From Schmidtea polychroa (Eukaryota), in NCBI GenBank assembly GCA_044892525.1, contig CM097887.1:11346001-11410000 (forward strand): 64,000 nt of DNA, in the 5' to 3' direction. The notes under the pieces were generated by a model. It was given only the letters and a program-made list of their open reading frames with translations, searched no databases and was not told the origin of the DNA. The translations under genes were made by a program, and so were the position numbers. Numbering within the stretch: position 1 is the first letter of the stretch; each line of letters begins with the position of its first letter. Shown here piece by piece: positions 48,667 to 60,478 of the stretch.

Positions 48667-51600
48667 ATGCAAGAACAAATTAATCAAGCGCAACTAAAAT
48701 TGAAAAATATAATTCAACAAAAAGAAAAAGTTGAAGCTGTATTATTACAATACCAATCAGGAATTATTAATTCACATACCTTATACGAAAATTATCACAG
48801 TTTAACCACATATATCAATGAACTAAATCAATATGTCAAAGATTTCAAAGAGTAAAATAAATTGAATTTTCATCCTTTATTTGTAATTATTACAAATTAG
48901 TGAATTTGATCGATCGAGATCCACTGGGGCTTCAAAAGATGCTTTATATTATCAGGGTCGCAGATTAAATGAACAAATTCTTTCTCAATTAGCCAAAGTA
49001 CAAGACCTATCAAATAGAGTTAAAGATGAGCTTAATAAAGTTAAACATAAACCAAATAAAATTTCCACATGGGAAACCTTTAACGAAAACTATCAGGACG
49101 ATCCTCTTGTAGATATATCTACTGGTAAATTTTACGAATATTTTACACTATTTTGCAATTTACTGTTAAATATGTTTCTAAATGAATATAATTTTGTCAA
49201 TAATTTATGATAGCAGACTGTAATTGATTTTGTTAATTATATGCTAATATGAATCCAAAATTATTTATTCTATTCTATGAAAATCAAATTCCATTAATTA
49301 TCGAATAAGTTGGTCAATGTAAACTATCAGATATTAAAATATCCACTGTAATTGATGGTAGGAGATTAGAGGAGCCCTTGTTCGGTTTGTTGGCATTGGC
49401 CGGGTTAAGGAGTATCAGCGGGCTGACGGGGGCATACAAATCATCGATTCAGGGCCATTTGCAAAGATCTGACAAATAAGATGGGAGATATAATTGACAG
49501 AATGATCCTCAGATAACCACCGGTTACCATGGTAATTCGATCGGGCACCCCATAACACGAATAGATAAATATCTCAATTATTGATCTGACTCTAAGTGGG
49601 ATTTCAACAACCAGCAATATATTGGAATTTATTGATCAGCACAATGTATTGATTAATGCTTATTGCAGCAATTCATTTATTTTGACCTCGCGGTTCCTAT
49701 TATTGATCTTGTGATTATCGTTTTTATGATTTTATCTTTATTGATGATTTCCAATTTTTTTCTTCCGTCCCCTCATCAGATTCTATTGGAAATAGCATTT
49801 CGACCAAATTATATTGATTAAATTATATTGGCAAAATTATATTGATTAAATTATATTGGCAAAATTATATTGATTAAATTATATTGACAAAATTATATTG
49901 ATTAAATTATATTGGCAAAATTATATTGATTAAATTATATTGGCAAAATTATATTGATTAAATTATATTGGCAAAATTATATTGATTAAATTATATTGGC
50001 AAAATTATATTGATTAAATTATATTGACAAAATTATATTGATTAAATTATATTGGCAAAATTATATTGATTAAATTATATTGGCAAAATTATATTGATTA
50101 AATTATATTGGCAAAATTATATTGATTAAATTATATTGGCAAAATTGTATTGATTAAATTATATCGATTAAATTATATTGGCAAAATTTTATTGATTAAA
50201 TTATATCGATTAAATTATTTCGATTAAATTATATTGATTAAATTATATCGATTAAGTTATATTGACAAAACTATATTGATTAAATTATATTGATGAAATT
50301 ATATTGGCAAAATTATATTGATTAAATTATATCGATTAAATTGTATTTATAAAAGTGTTGGTGAAATTTGAAATTAATAAATATCTGACTCAAAGCATGT
50401 CATAAAATTGATTCGAATTTAATTTTATATCTATTTGAAATTATTATTTTCGATTTGAATTTAATTTCATATCGATTTGAAATTATTATATTCGATTTCA
50501 ATTTAATTTTATATCGATTTGAATTTAATTTCATATCGATTTGAAATTATTATATTCGATTAATAAATAAGCATATTTTATAAAATTAAATCAATCGAAT
50601 TCATATTTAGCAAAATTACAAATGATAGGGTGAAATTGAAGGTCACAAAAAGTCCTAAATGAATTGCGTGTTATTAAATAGCCGGAATGGCATAGTTCTC
50701 TACTAGGTCTGTTTGTCTGCAAGGAATGCTGATGGAAATGTTGTGTATGTGTGGGCGAGTGTGCCGTTCAATTGATTTGCGATGAACAATGACGCTGTGT
50801 GATTGAGATCAATAATTGATCATCGGTACAGCACTGTTCAATCATAATTTCTCGCGTCTATTTGAACAATTAAATTTCTATCAATCGTTTTACACATTAT
50901 TCTATATGATCAATAAAATATTTAATCAATTCATTACGTAATGCGTGCGAAATATTTCCTTATCGAAAATTACACAACACAAACAGAATGTGAAATTGAT
51001 TAGTGCACATATCGTACTTTTTTGTCCAATCATCAATTGTACTAATTCCTGCTCCGTTATCAGTTTATTTATTGTTTACCTGAGTATTTCCTGATTTCTC
51101 TTCATCTTTATTCTGTATTGTTCACGATGATTTTCATAACTTTCTCCTTGATTTTGCTTCGTTCAAAACTTATCTTTACATGCATTTGTCGGTAACAGCT
51201 TGATGAGATGTTTCAATCCAATATTTACCAGTGAAATCTTGGGTGACCTACTTATTTGTTATTTGACCTACTGAATCCAGCGGTGGCCAGTTTTTAAAGT
51301 CGATTTAATATATTAAAAATCTTTTGGGAAAAAACATTAAAAATCGTTAAAAATAATTAATTTTGATTTGACCTACATAAAACTTTGAAAAAACTTGAGA
51401 AAAAAGCATTAAAAATCGTTAAAAATAATTCCTTTTGATTTGACCTACAAAAAACTCTGAAAAAACTTTTGAGAAAAAGCATTGAAATTCGTGAAATTAG
51501 GTTAAAAGTATCAAAAAATAATAAAAACTCTAAAAGATTTATGAAAAATGAAAAATTTTTGGTGACCTACATAAAAATACCAGGAATTTTAGAGAAAAAA

Positions 51601-53639
51601 TTCTTATGAGGGGGGTGGATACTTGATCCAGTGGTAGCCAAGCTATTTATAGTGAATTAATCGATAATTAGAAATTCGCAATATACAACATTGACGGTTA
51701 TTTAAACAGGGAGATCTTATATTTATTGAATACACAGATTAGGTCAAATGGTGACACTATATATATCATACATTAAAGTTAAATTTGTTACCAAAATGAG
51801 GAATAATAAGTAGATAAATATAGGTCATTCCAGTACATCAGAGTTGTGAGGTTTTTGGTTTTGAAGAAGTTACAACCAAAATGAATTATTGATGAGATAA
51901 GGAAAGTTTTATTGAAGCCCATTGGAATTTTTAATTTATTTTCATTCTGACAAAAGATAGAAAATTTGTGTTGCGTTGAATTAAATTTTTGATCTTTTGT
52001 CAAAATGAAAAAAAACAAAATATCATCAAAAAATGAAAACACATTAAAGGTGACCAAAAAAATAAAAAACTATACTAATAAGAAATTAAAGAAGAATTAG
52101 AGAATGTTGCATAATTTGACAAACGAATTACTGCCAGAATTCCCTTGGAGCGGCAACTAAATATATTAAAATATAAGATTGCTATATATTGCGACCGTTT
52201 AACAGTCTCCTTCAGGCTAGGAATCGTATTAATAACAATTAAATGAAAATGAGAATATTCAAACAAATCAATAATAATCGCAATCAAATTTTATCAAACT
52301 AAAAAACATTTTAAAGTTAATATAAAAAATGTTTTTTAATTTGATTACGATTATTATTTGTTAATTTGTTTGAATACTCTTATTTTCATTTAGTAGTGAT
52401 TAATACGAGTCTTAGTCTGAAGGAGAGTGTTAAACAGTCGCAATATTAATGCAATTTTCATTAAAAATCTAATTTAACAATTATTAATTTTAAAATCGAT
52501 TAATATATAAAATGCATTGGAAAATTAATTTAATCATTATTAATTCTGGAAATAATTTATCCTATCTGTATGCCGCGGTGAAATTCAATGTATTGGGATT
52601 TTAAATATGTTTAAATTTATAAATAAATCTAAATTATTATTAATTTTTTATTTTTAGTCTATTTATATAATTAATTAAATAATTTGGGTTTTTATTTAAC
52701 TTTATCATTTTTCTTTAAATTATTATCTAAATTAAAAATGTATTTAATTTAATATTTATTTTTGAGGCGGTTTATACCTTCAACTTTTTAGCTAAATTTT
52801 GTTTTGTTTTTTTGTTTTCTTTTCCGTTAATTTTATCTTCCAATTTCCCTTTACCTAATGTCGTTTTGTTTTTTCCCAATTTTCTCGTCGTTGAAAGAAG
52901 TAATCAATTATCCCACCGTGCTTCTCCTTTGTGATAATATTTTCCTCGTTTTCCCATATCTCATGCTGTCATGATAATGATCGACTTTGTTTACTTATCT
53001 TTCTGTTTTTGTACGTTTCCTTGCATTTCGATCCTATCTTAACATATTCCGATAAATCCATTCTCGTTATGATCTTTCCTATTGTCTCATTTGCATATTA
53101 ATCGTTTTTCAAATTTTAATTCAATGGTTTATTGATTACTTAATTTTGAATTTTCCAATATTCCAATTTTTAATTACATGGAAATTATAATAATATAATA
53201 AATATCTAACAACCGGAACAATTGGTTAACTTGGTTAAAATACTCCTCTATATACATATGTTGCCTCCAATTGCCACCAAATGATTTGTGATTATGATGT
53301 TCAATTACAGATAAATCTAAATTGCAATTGCAAGAAAATGAGCAACCAGAAGCCGTTCAAGAGTACAATGACATGTATAAATTAGAATCGGACATGCTAC
53401 AGATCAATGAAATGTTTACTAGTTTGGCTGGATTTGTGCATGAGCAGGGGGACATGACTGATCGGATCGAGGCTAATGTGGAAATAGCACATAGCCAAGT
53501 CGAATCCGCTAACAGTCAGTTGAGTAAAGCAGTCACTCATAAACAATCGGCCCGGCGAAAAAAAATCATTTGCTGCATAATTTTAGTTCTAGCACTTCTT
53601 GTCCTCGGTTTAATCATTTATCTCTCTGTGAGAAATTGA
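48667..53639 (+). CDS. Syntaxin-7/12-type Qa-SNARE, 3 exons, ~245 aa
   Basis: Exons 48667-48851, 48901-49124 and 53311-53639 join in phase (introns of 49 bp and 4186 bp). SNARE motif LESDMLQINEMFTSLAGFVHEQGDMTDRIEANVE, then RRKK and a C-terminal transmembrane helix. Confidence 0.85.
49806..50345. repeat. 28-bp (2x14) satellite CAAAATTATATTGATTAAATTATATTGG in the syntaxin intron
   Basis: Tandem copies read directly, degenerating towards 50340. Confidence 0.95.
52187..52445. repeat. Imperfect fold-back (arms ~120-125 bp, ~13-nt spacer)
   Basis: 52187-52312 is the approximate reverse complement of 52326-52445 (TATTGCGAC.GTTTAACA.TCTCCTTCAG.CTA.GA.TCGTATTAAT...AAAAAACATTTT). Confidence 0.85.
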
Positions 53640-54261
53640 ACAAATCGATAGTGATTTTGAACTTGTGTGCTGTTTTGACCTTATTACCATTATTACCATC
53701 CTCTCTCTATTCCTTAATTTGTAAGTGAATTTATCGATTTACAAATTTTGATTGGATATTGTCATTACAAATTATATTGTTTTTTTTTTAAAAATTTCTA
53801 TTTAATCATTATTTAATTTTAGAATGTCGATCAATATTTTGTTTTATATTTTATATTGAAATTTTATTGGATGAATTTAGATGGAAAGAAATTATATTTC
53901 TAAATGTAATTTTTAAACCTGTCTTGTAATATTTTGCGAAATCGACGGAAAAAGAACGGAAATCAGCAATATTCTCTTAGAAACTCTCACAATAGCGAAG
54001 AAAATCGTTATTATCCACTATTACCATCCAATCAGTGCTGTGCCTGAATGCCAGTCTATATGGTCGCCTCAGAGATTACATAAGAAAAAATAAATAAAGT
54101 CTTAATCTTTAATATTTATTATGATAGCTACATATATAATGTGCATAACACAATCAAAAATTAATTTTTCGTGATTTTTTAGCAGCATTTATTGTGTTAA
54201 AATGTTAGGATCGATCTAGTGATTTTAACACAGAACATTGTTTTATCTGACTCTAAATATA

Positions 54262-54810
54262 CAGGGTTTCCAAAAAAGTTTCATCCTTTTCCAGAAAAGT
54301 TTCATCCTTTTTAAAAAAAGTTTCATCCTTTCCCAAAAAAGTTTTATATTTTTCCACAAAATTTCAACCTCAAATGTAGAAATATTAATATTAATGAAAA
54401 ATCAAAGATAAAATCAATGTTATTTTATGAATTCTTTAAATTTCCCGCCATTTTTGAGGATATAATAAAGCATATTTAAGCCCCAATGGCACCAAGAACA
54501 AGACTCACTGACCATCTCAGAGAACTTATATGCGGCAAATACAATGCCTTAAAACCGATTGTTAAAATTGCCGAAGAGTTGGAATTGAATGTTAAAACGG
54601 TTACAGCAGTCATTAAAATATATAAAGAAACTGGAAGAATAAAATCCGCAATCAAAAAATGCTGGAGAAAGAAGAAAATAACGCCGGAGCAGGTTGATTT
54701 TATAAAAAACGAAATCAACGAGGAAGTTTCAATAACTTTAAACACCTTGAAATCCAAAATACTAGAAAAATTCAACGTTTCGTTATCTGCAAAACTTTCT
54801 GCCTTGTAGG
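54262..54810 (+). mobile_element. Tc1/IS630-mariner 5' fragment
   Basis: TA|CAGGGTTTCC terminus, subterminal repeats of AAAGTTTCATCCTTT, and ORF 54486-54809 encoding only the HTH region (IAEELELNVKTVTAVIKIYKETGRI..KKITPEQ). Confidence 0.75.
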
Positions 54811-56188
54811 TAATATAAATACGTTAACATGAATTAATAAGACAATGCTTGTTTTCTGTTTTTAAAAAATATATATGGTTATGGACAAATTTCGATATAC
54901 CCAAAAATGGTGCTAGTTTGAAGATTAGAAATTGGTTATACAGACCATACTCAGGTGAAGTTGTGAAACGCTGGAGCTAATTGGTTCACAGCGCTGATTT
55001 AAAATGTAAGAATGAGACTTGAGGCCTGAATTTTTCGCGATCGTTCAAACGTTGTCTAATTAATTCCCTCTTAGTATTTTATTTCCGACAGGTAAATCAA
55101 TCGAAATCTTTATATACCAATTTTTTAGCAACAACTCGTGGGCATTATTCTCCCCTTCTAATCTTACAATTACAAAGCTGAAGTGTAACAGTTGTTTTAT
55201 AAATTCTTGGATAGTGTTATGTTATATGTTATTTACGCAGAGTAATAAGAAAATTGAAGTGCCCGAAAGAGTCTCCTTTAAAAAATATGTGTTGGGACAA
55301 TCGGGGTGTAAGTTGTGTATAGTAACGCGACAATAGTATATAAAAAAAAATAAAAATTAATATGCAACAATGATATGACTTTTATATACTTTTATTAACC
55401 AATAAACTTTAATACTTTGTTAATTGTCCGGAGGCAAATATTTAGTCCGGTATTTGTGGTTACAGAATAATTATATCTAGGAGGATGATTTCCAATAAGC
55501 TTTAATACTTTGTTAATTGTCCGGAGGCAATTATTTAGTCCGGTATTTGTGGTTGCAGAATAATTATATCTAGGAGGATGATTTGCAGAGGATTACTTCG
55601 AACGATTTAGTCTTCTCTTGCACTCAAGAATAATACCTTTGTAAAATTGTCCGGAAAAAGAGATTTAGGCCTTTATTTATAATGAGAGAATAACTATATT
55701 CTGTAGGATGATTTTCAGAGAATAACTTCAAATGATTTTGTTTCGTATCACAATTATGAATAATCACTTTGTTTCTTAATATATAGTTTAGAATCCAATT
55801 TTTACTTCGGTTTTGTATATTTGTATTTCTGAATAATTCTTATACTTCTTATCGATTTTTTTAATTTTGTAATTTTTTTCCTATAGTGATAATTTACTAT
55901 GGTAAATTATCACTATATAGTTTGTTTTTTTTACGAACATAAAATAAAAACCTTCGCCACGTACGACGTGAAGAATTGTAATTTACATTTATAACATACG
56001 GTTAACAAAACCAAGAAAAATAAATAATTACAATACATTGCAGAACTTCCCCCCTTTAAAGCCGGAGGTTAACATTTAAACGGCTTTACATATTTACAGA
56101 GATAAGATAAAACTGCAAAAAAAAAATATGTTCTTGTGTTTTGTGATGATTTAGGTGAGTTTATGTTTTGTGTTTTACAACTAGCACT

Positions 56189-59100
56189 TTATAAAAATTG
56201 TACAACAAAATCTTGTGGGTTTATGTGTTGTTTATTTGAGGCAATCGCTATAACGATTTTTGTATTCTGGTGTGATTGTTGTGTTGTTGTCGAAAATTTT
56301 TGTTGAGTTTTTTCGCTGAATCTGATGTGTTTCTGGTTTTTCTGTATTTCTGTTCGTTCTTGTGTTTTGTACTTTGGGTGGTTGTTTTGAGGGTTTAGGT
56401 TGTGGTGATTGTTAAGAGTTGGTGTTTTGTTTTCGTGATATGGTTTTAATCGGCGTATGTTTATTTTGATTTGTTTATTGTCTTTTAAAATTGTGCCAAC
56501 GTTTTTATACATATTTAACAGTTTGTATGGGCCTTCGTACTTTGTTTCAAATCCGCTAGTGAAGGGTTTCTTTACTAAAACCATGTCTATTATTAGTTCT
56601 GTTTGGTTTTGGGTTTTTTGATTATTTTTGTTTTTTAGAATACTTTTTAGTATGGGTATTTGTGATTCTTTATCGGTTGTTTTTTTCTTGTTTTCGTTTT
56701 CATCCTTTAAGTTTGGTAGGTTTGTATTGTGTCCAAAAACTGATTGGCTAGGGCTTTTGTTGTTTAGGCTTGAAGGGTTGTTTCGTAATCCTATTAGTAT
56801 TTCTGGTAATTTTTCTAACCAGTTGTTGTTATTATTTGTTTTTGTTCTGATTGCTTGTTTTAATGATCGGTGTAATCTCTCAACTTTTCCGTTTGATTGT
56901 GGATTGTATGCTGTTGTTCTGGTTTTGTTGATGTTATATTTGTTGCAAAGTCCTTTGAAAATATCGGATTCAAATTGCCTACCCTGATCGCTGATTATTG
57001 TCTTTGGGCAGCCATACCGGGCGAACCAGTTTAATTCTAATTTACTGCATATTTTTGCTGCTGATATTTCTTTTATTGGAATGGCTTCGAACCAATTTGT
57101 TTTTCGGTCTATTATAGTTAATAAGTACTTGTGTTTATTATTTGGAGGTAGAGGGCCGACTATGTCGATATGTATCGTTTCGAATGCTTCAGAACTTGGG
57201 AATTGTACAATTGTTGTTTTGAATTGTTTTGTTGTTATCTTATTCTTTTGACACTGTGGGCAATTTTTTACGAACGTTTTTACGTCCCTTCTCATAAAAG
57301 GCCAAACAACTTTGGTATGCAGAAGTTCGTATGTGGCTTTGTTTCCCGGATGGTAGATGTTGTGATATTTTTGGAGGTATTGATCGCGCAGTTCTGCTGG
57401 TACTATAATCCTTTTGTTATTGTCGTTTGAAGTGTCGTACCATATGCCGTCTATTTCTTCCAATTGGAGTGAATTCAACCTTGGAGTTTCGATTGTTGTT
57501 TCTTTTTGTTTAGTTTTTAACTTTTCTAACTCTATGATGGGTGTTATGTTGAGTGCATTTATGTCAGTTTCTATTCTTGATAATGCATCTGCACTTATGT
57601 TAGCTGAACCTGCTATGTATTTTATTTTGCAATTAAATTGTGAAATATAGTTTAATTGTCTTATTTGTCTCGGTGAAGGATTTTTCATGTTCATTGCGTT
57701 TATTAAGGGTTTATGGTCGGTATACACTTCGAAATCTTTTCCTTCCAATAGGTATTGGAAATGTCTGATTGTATCATGTAACGCTAATAGCTCCCTGTCA
57801 AAAGTGGAGTATCTCATTTGGTGAGTTTTGAGTTTCTTTGAGAAGAAAGCTATTGGTCTTTTTTCGTTATTTTCTTCTTGGAATATCGTTCCGCCCATTG
57901 CTACTCTCGAACAATCTGTGTTGACTATGTATGGTAATTCTTGGTTGGGATAGTTTAGGATGCTTGCATTTTTCAGATTTTCTTTTGCTTGTTCGAACGC
58001 TGTTATTAGTTTTTCGTTCCAATTTATTTTGATGTTTCTCTTTGTTTTGTTCAGTTCGTTGAGAGGGGCTAGCATTTCAGTACATCTTGGTATGTATTTG
58101 TGGTAGAAATTGATCATTCCAAGGAAACGTCTTAGCTCTTTTGTAGTTGTGGGTAGAGGGTAATTTTTGATTGCTTTGATTTTGTCGTCTAAAGGCCTTG
58201 TTCCATTTTCGTTTAACATGTGACCCAGAAATTTTATTTCTGTTTTCAGAAATTCGCATTTTTTTATGTTAATTTTTAGCTCATGTTTGCTTAATATTTC
58301 GAACACGTTTTTAATATTTTGTATATGTTCTGTTTTGTTTGCTGATGCTATCAGGATGTCGTCAAGGTATGCGACTGTGTTCTTTTGATTTCGTAAAATT
58401 TGGTCCATGAAGCGTTGGAAAGTGGCTGCAGCGTTTTTTAATCCAAAAGGCATTTTGTTATACTCGAAAAGTCCTATGGGTGTGATGATTGCTGTTTTCT
58501 TTATGTCTTCAGTTCTGACAGGAATTTGGTGATAGGCTTTTTCTAAGTCTATTTTGCTGAAAATTTTGGGTTTGTTAAATCTGTTGATGATATCGTTTAT
58601 TATTGGGATTGGGTATTTGTCGGCTGTTGTGATATTGTTTAATGCTCTGTAGTCTCCACAGGCTCGCCATTCGCCGTTTGCCTTTTCTTTAAGCATGAGG
58701 GCTGATGACCAGTTTGAGTTTGAGTGTTTGACGATTTGGTTTTCTAGTAGTTCGTCGAATATTTTCTTAGTTATTTCGAGTTTATTTTTGTCTAATTGTC
58801 TGACTTTTGCATGGACTGGGTTTCCGTTGCTAATTATTATGTGTTCGGTTATGCATTTTGTGTTATTGTTTGTCTCTAATTTATTAGTTATATTTGCTAC
58901 ATTTTGTATCAGTTTTGCGATTTCGTTAGGTATGTGCCAGTTTGTTTCTGTTTTATTTGTTTTTACTTCACCGTTTTGGGCTGTTATTACTCCGATGTCG
59001 CAATTGATTTGTTTTTTAGATTGTTTATTTTTGCTGTGTATGTCATTTGAATTGTTTGGTATGACTTTACCATTTTTACAGTCGACTAGTAGGTTGAAGT

Positions 59101-59434
59101 ATGAAAGGAAGTCTGCTCCTAAAATAGCTTGTTTGACTTCAGCGATAGTGAATTGCCAATTGTATTGTGTGTTGTTGATGGTGATGTTGATGTTTTGCTT
59201 TCCGAATGTTTTAATTGGGCTGCCGTTTGCTGCGCACAAATTTGCGGTTTCGGTTTTTGTGTTTTTGTATAGGTAATTCGGTAATAATGAAATTATTGAA
59301 ACTGTATCAACAAGAAAATTTAAGCCATTGCTATGCACCGTGAAAGTTTGGCTGTCACCAAATGTCGGTGCTATCATTGGTGACTTTATATGTTTTCCGA
59401 CTCTTCTTTGTCGAAGGTGCAGGGTTTGTTGCAT
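56189..59434 (-). CDS. gypsy Pol: protease-RT-RNase H-integrase
   Basis: FLVDTVS (protease, DTG->DTV), WRACGDYRALN, YLDD, TDCS..RELLA..YTDHKPL, H..H/CPQC zinc finger, HIDIVGPL, SDQGRQFES, GKVERLHR. Single 1081-aa frame. Confidence 0.95.
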   Translation of the reverse strand: MQQTLHLRQRRVGKHIKSPMIAPTFGDSQTFTVHSNGLNFLVDTVSIISLLPNYLYKNTKTETANLCAANGSPIKTFGKQNINITINNTQYNWQFTIAEVKQAILGADFLSYFNLLVDCKNGKVIPNNSNDIHSKNKQSKKQINCDIGVITAQNGEVKTNKTETNWHIPNEIAKLIQNVANITNKLETNNNTKCITEHIIISNGNPVHAKVRQLDKNKLEITKKIFDELLENQIVKHSNSNWSSALMLKEKANGEWRACGDYRALNNITTADKYPIPIINDIINRFNKPKIFSKIDLEKAYHQIPVRTEDIKKTAIITPIGLFEYNKMPFGLKNAAATFQRFMDQILRNQKNTVAYLDDILIASANKTEHIQNIKNVFEILSKHELKINIKKCEFLKTEIKFLGHMLNENGTRPLDDKIKAIKNYPLPTTTKELRRFLGMINFYHKYIPRCTEMLAPLNELNKTKRNIKINWNEKLITAFEQAKENLKNASILNYPNQELPYIVNTDCSRVAMGGTIFQEENNEKRPIAFFSKKLKTHQMRYSTFDRELLALHDTIRHFQYLLEGKDFEVYTDHKPLINAMNMKNPSPRQIRQLNYISQFNCKIKYIAGSANISADALSRIETDINALNITPIIELEKLKTKQKETTIETPRLNSLQLEEIDGIWYDTSNDNNKRIIVPAELRDQYLQKYHNIYHPGNKATYELLHTKVVWPFMRRDVKTFVKNCPQCQKNKITTKQFKTTIVQFPSSEAFETIHIDIVGPLPPNNKHKYLLTIIDRKTNWFEAIPIKEISAAKICSKLELNWFARYGCPKTIISDQGRQFESDIFKGLCNKYNINKTRTTAYNPQSNGKVERLHRSLKQAIRTKTNNNNNWLEKLPEILIGLRNNPSSLNNKSPSQSVFGHNTNLPNLKDENENKKKTTDKESQIPILKSILKNKNNQKTQNQTELIIDMVLVKKPFTSGFETKYEGPYKLLNMYKNVGTILKDNKQIKINIRRLKPYHENKTPTLNNHHNLNPQNNHPKYKTQERTEIQKNQKHIRFSEKTQQKFSTTTQQSHQNTKIVIAIASNKQHINPQDFVVQFL

Positions 59435-60478
59435 TTGTATGCTTTATTCCCAAATTTATTGTGGTAGTAACAATGATTTTGGTTTGTGCATTTATTAGGG
59501 TTGTTCCATGTTTTGTTTCTGTCGATGCTGTTGCGGCTGCCAGATCGTGTATTTTGTCTGGGGTAATTTTGTCTGTTTTCGTAATATTGCGTTCTCCTTG
59601 ATTCTCTTCTTTGTAATTCGGTTATGTCTTTTCTTAGATTTTTGTTTTCAATAATTATTTCGTCGAATTTTGTTACCAGAGTTGAGAGGAGTGTTCGTTT
59701 CTGTAGTTTCTGAGCTATTGTGTACAGGTTTGTTTTCGTTGCTCTTAAAATAATTTTTGTTTTGGTAAGTTCTACATATTGTTGGGTATATTTCGTCGTT
59801 GATTTTGTCTGCTATGTTTGCCAGAGTATCGAGGTCTGTACAGTTGCTGGCAGCTAGAATCCGTCGTATTTCAGGTGGCATTGCGCGCATGAAAAGGTCT
59901 TTGATGAACTCTTTTGACCCGGTGCTTGTTATTTTTGGTTGCAAGTATTCGAGTTTTGCCTTTAGATTTCGCAGAAATTCAGACGGTTTGTCATTACCCA
60001 ATTGGATATCTTTCAAACAAGATTCGAGTAGTTCTTGTCTGTTTACTTTGTTTCGATTTATTAAAGTGTTGTATAGGTTTTCGAAAGGGTTGTCGTCCTT
60101 TGATATTTCTTCTACTCTATCGGCTATCTCGTTCAGGATGTTGCTGGGAAGGGCAGCGATTATGTGAGAACAAACTGTTCTTGATGATTTAATGCCTGAT
60201 AGGCTTAATGTTAATTTGGCAAATTCTAGCCATTTTTGTGGTGTCCCATTTTCGTCTGTGAAGAAATTTGGGATGTTTGCCTTGGGGTTTAGTATTGAGT
60301 TTACCGCGGATGAATTTTCGGGGTTGTAATAATAACTACTGCTTTCATGTGTTGTGTGTGTGTTTGCGTTGTTGGTGCTTGGGTTGTATTGGTGGTTCAT
60401 GTTTTCCGGTGAGTGAGCATTTTCATAGTTGTTGGGTATCTGTGTATTGTTTATCGGGTTTTGCTGGTTTGAAGCCAT
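59385..60478 (-). CDS. gypsy Gag, broken by a ~2-nt frameshift near 59678
   Basis: The 276-aa ORF continues in another frame as VTKFDEIII...CYYHNKFGNKAYKCNKPC to a stop near 59387. A putative -1 slippery site GGAAAAC lies at 59392-59398. Confidence 0.85.
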
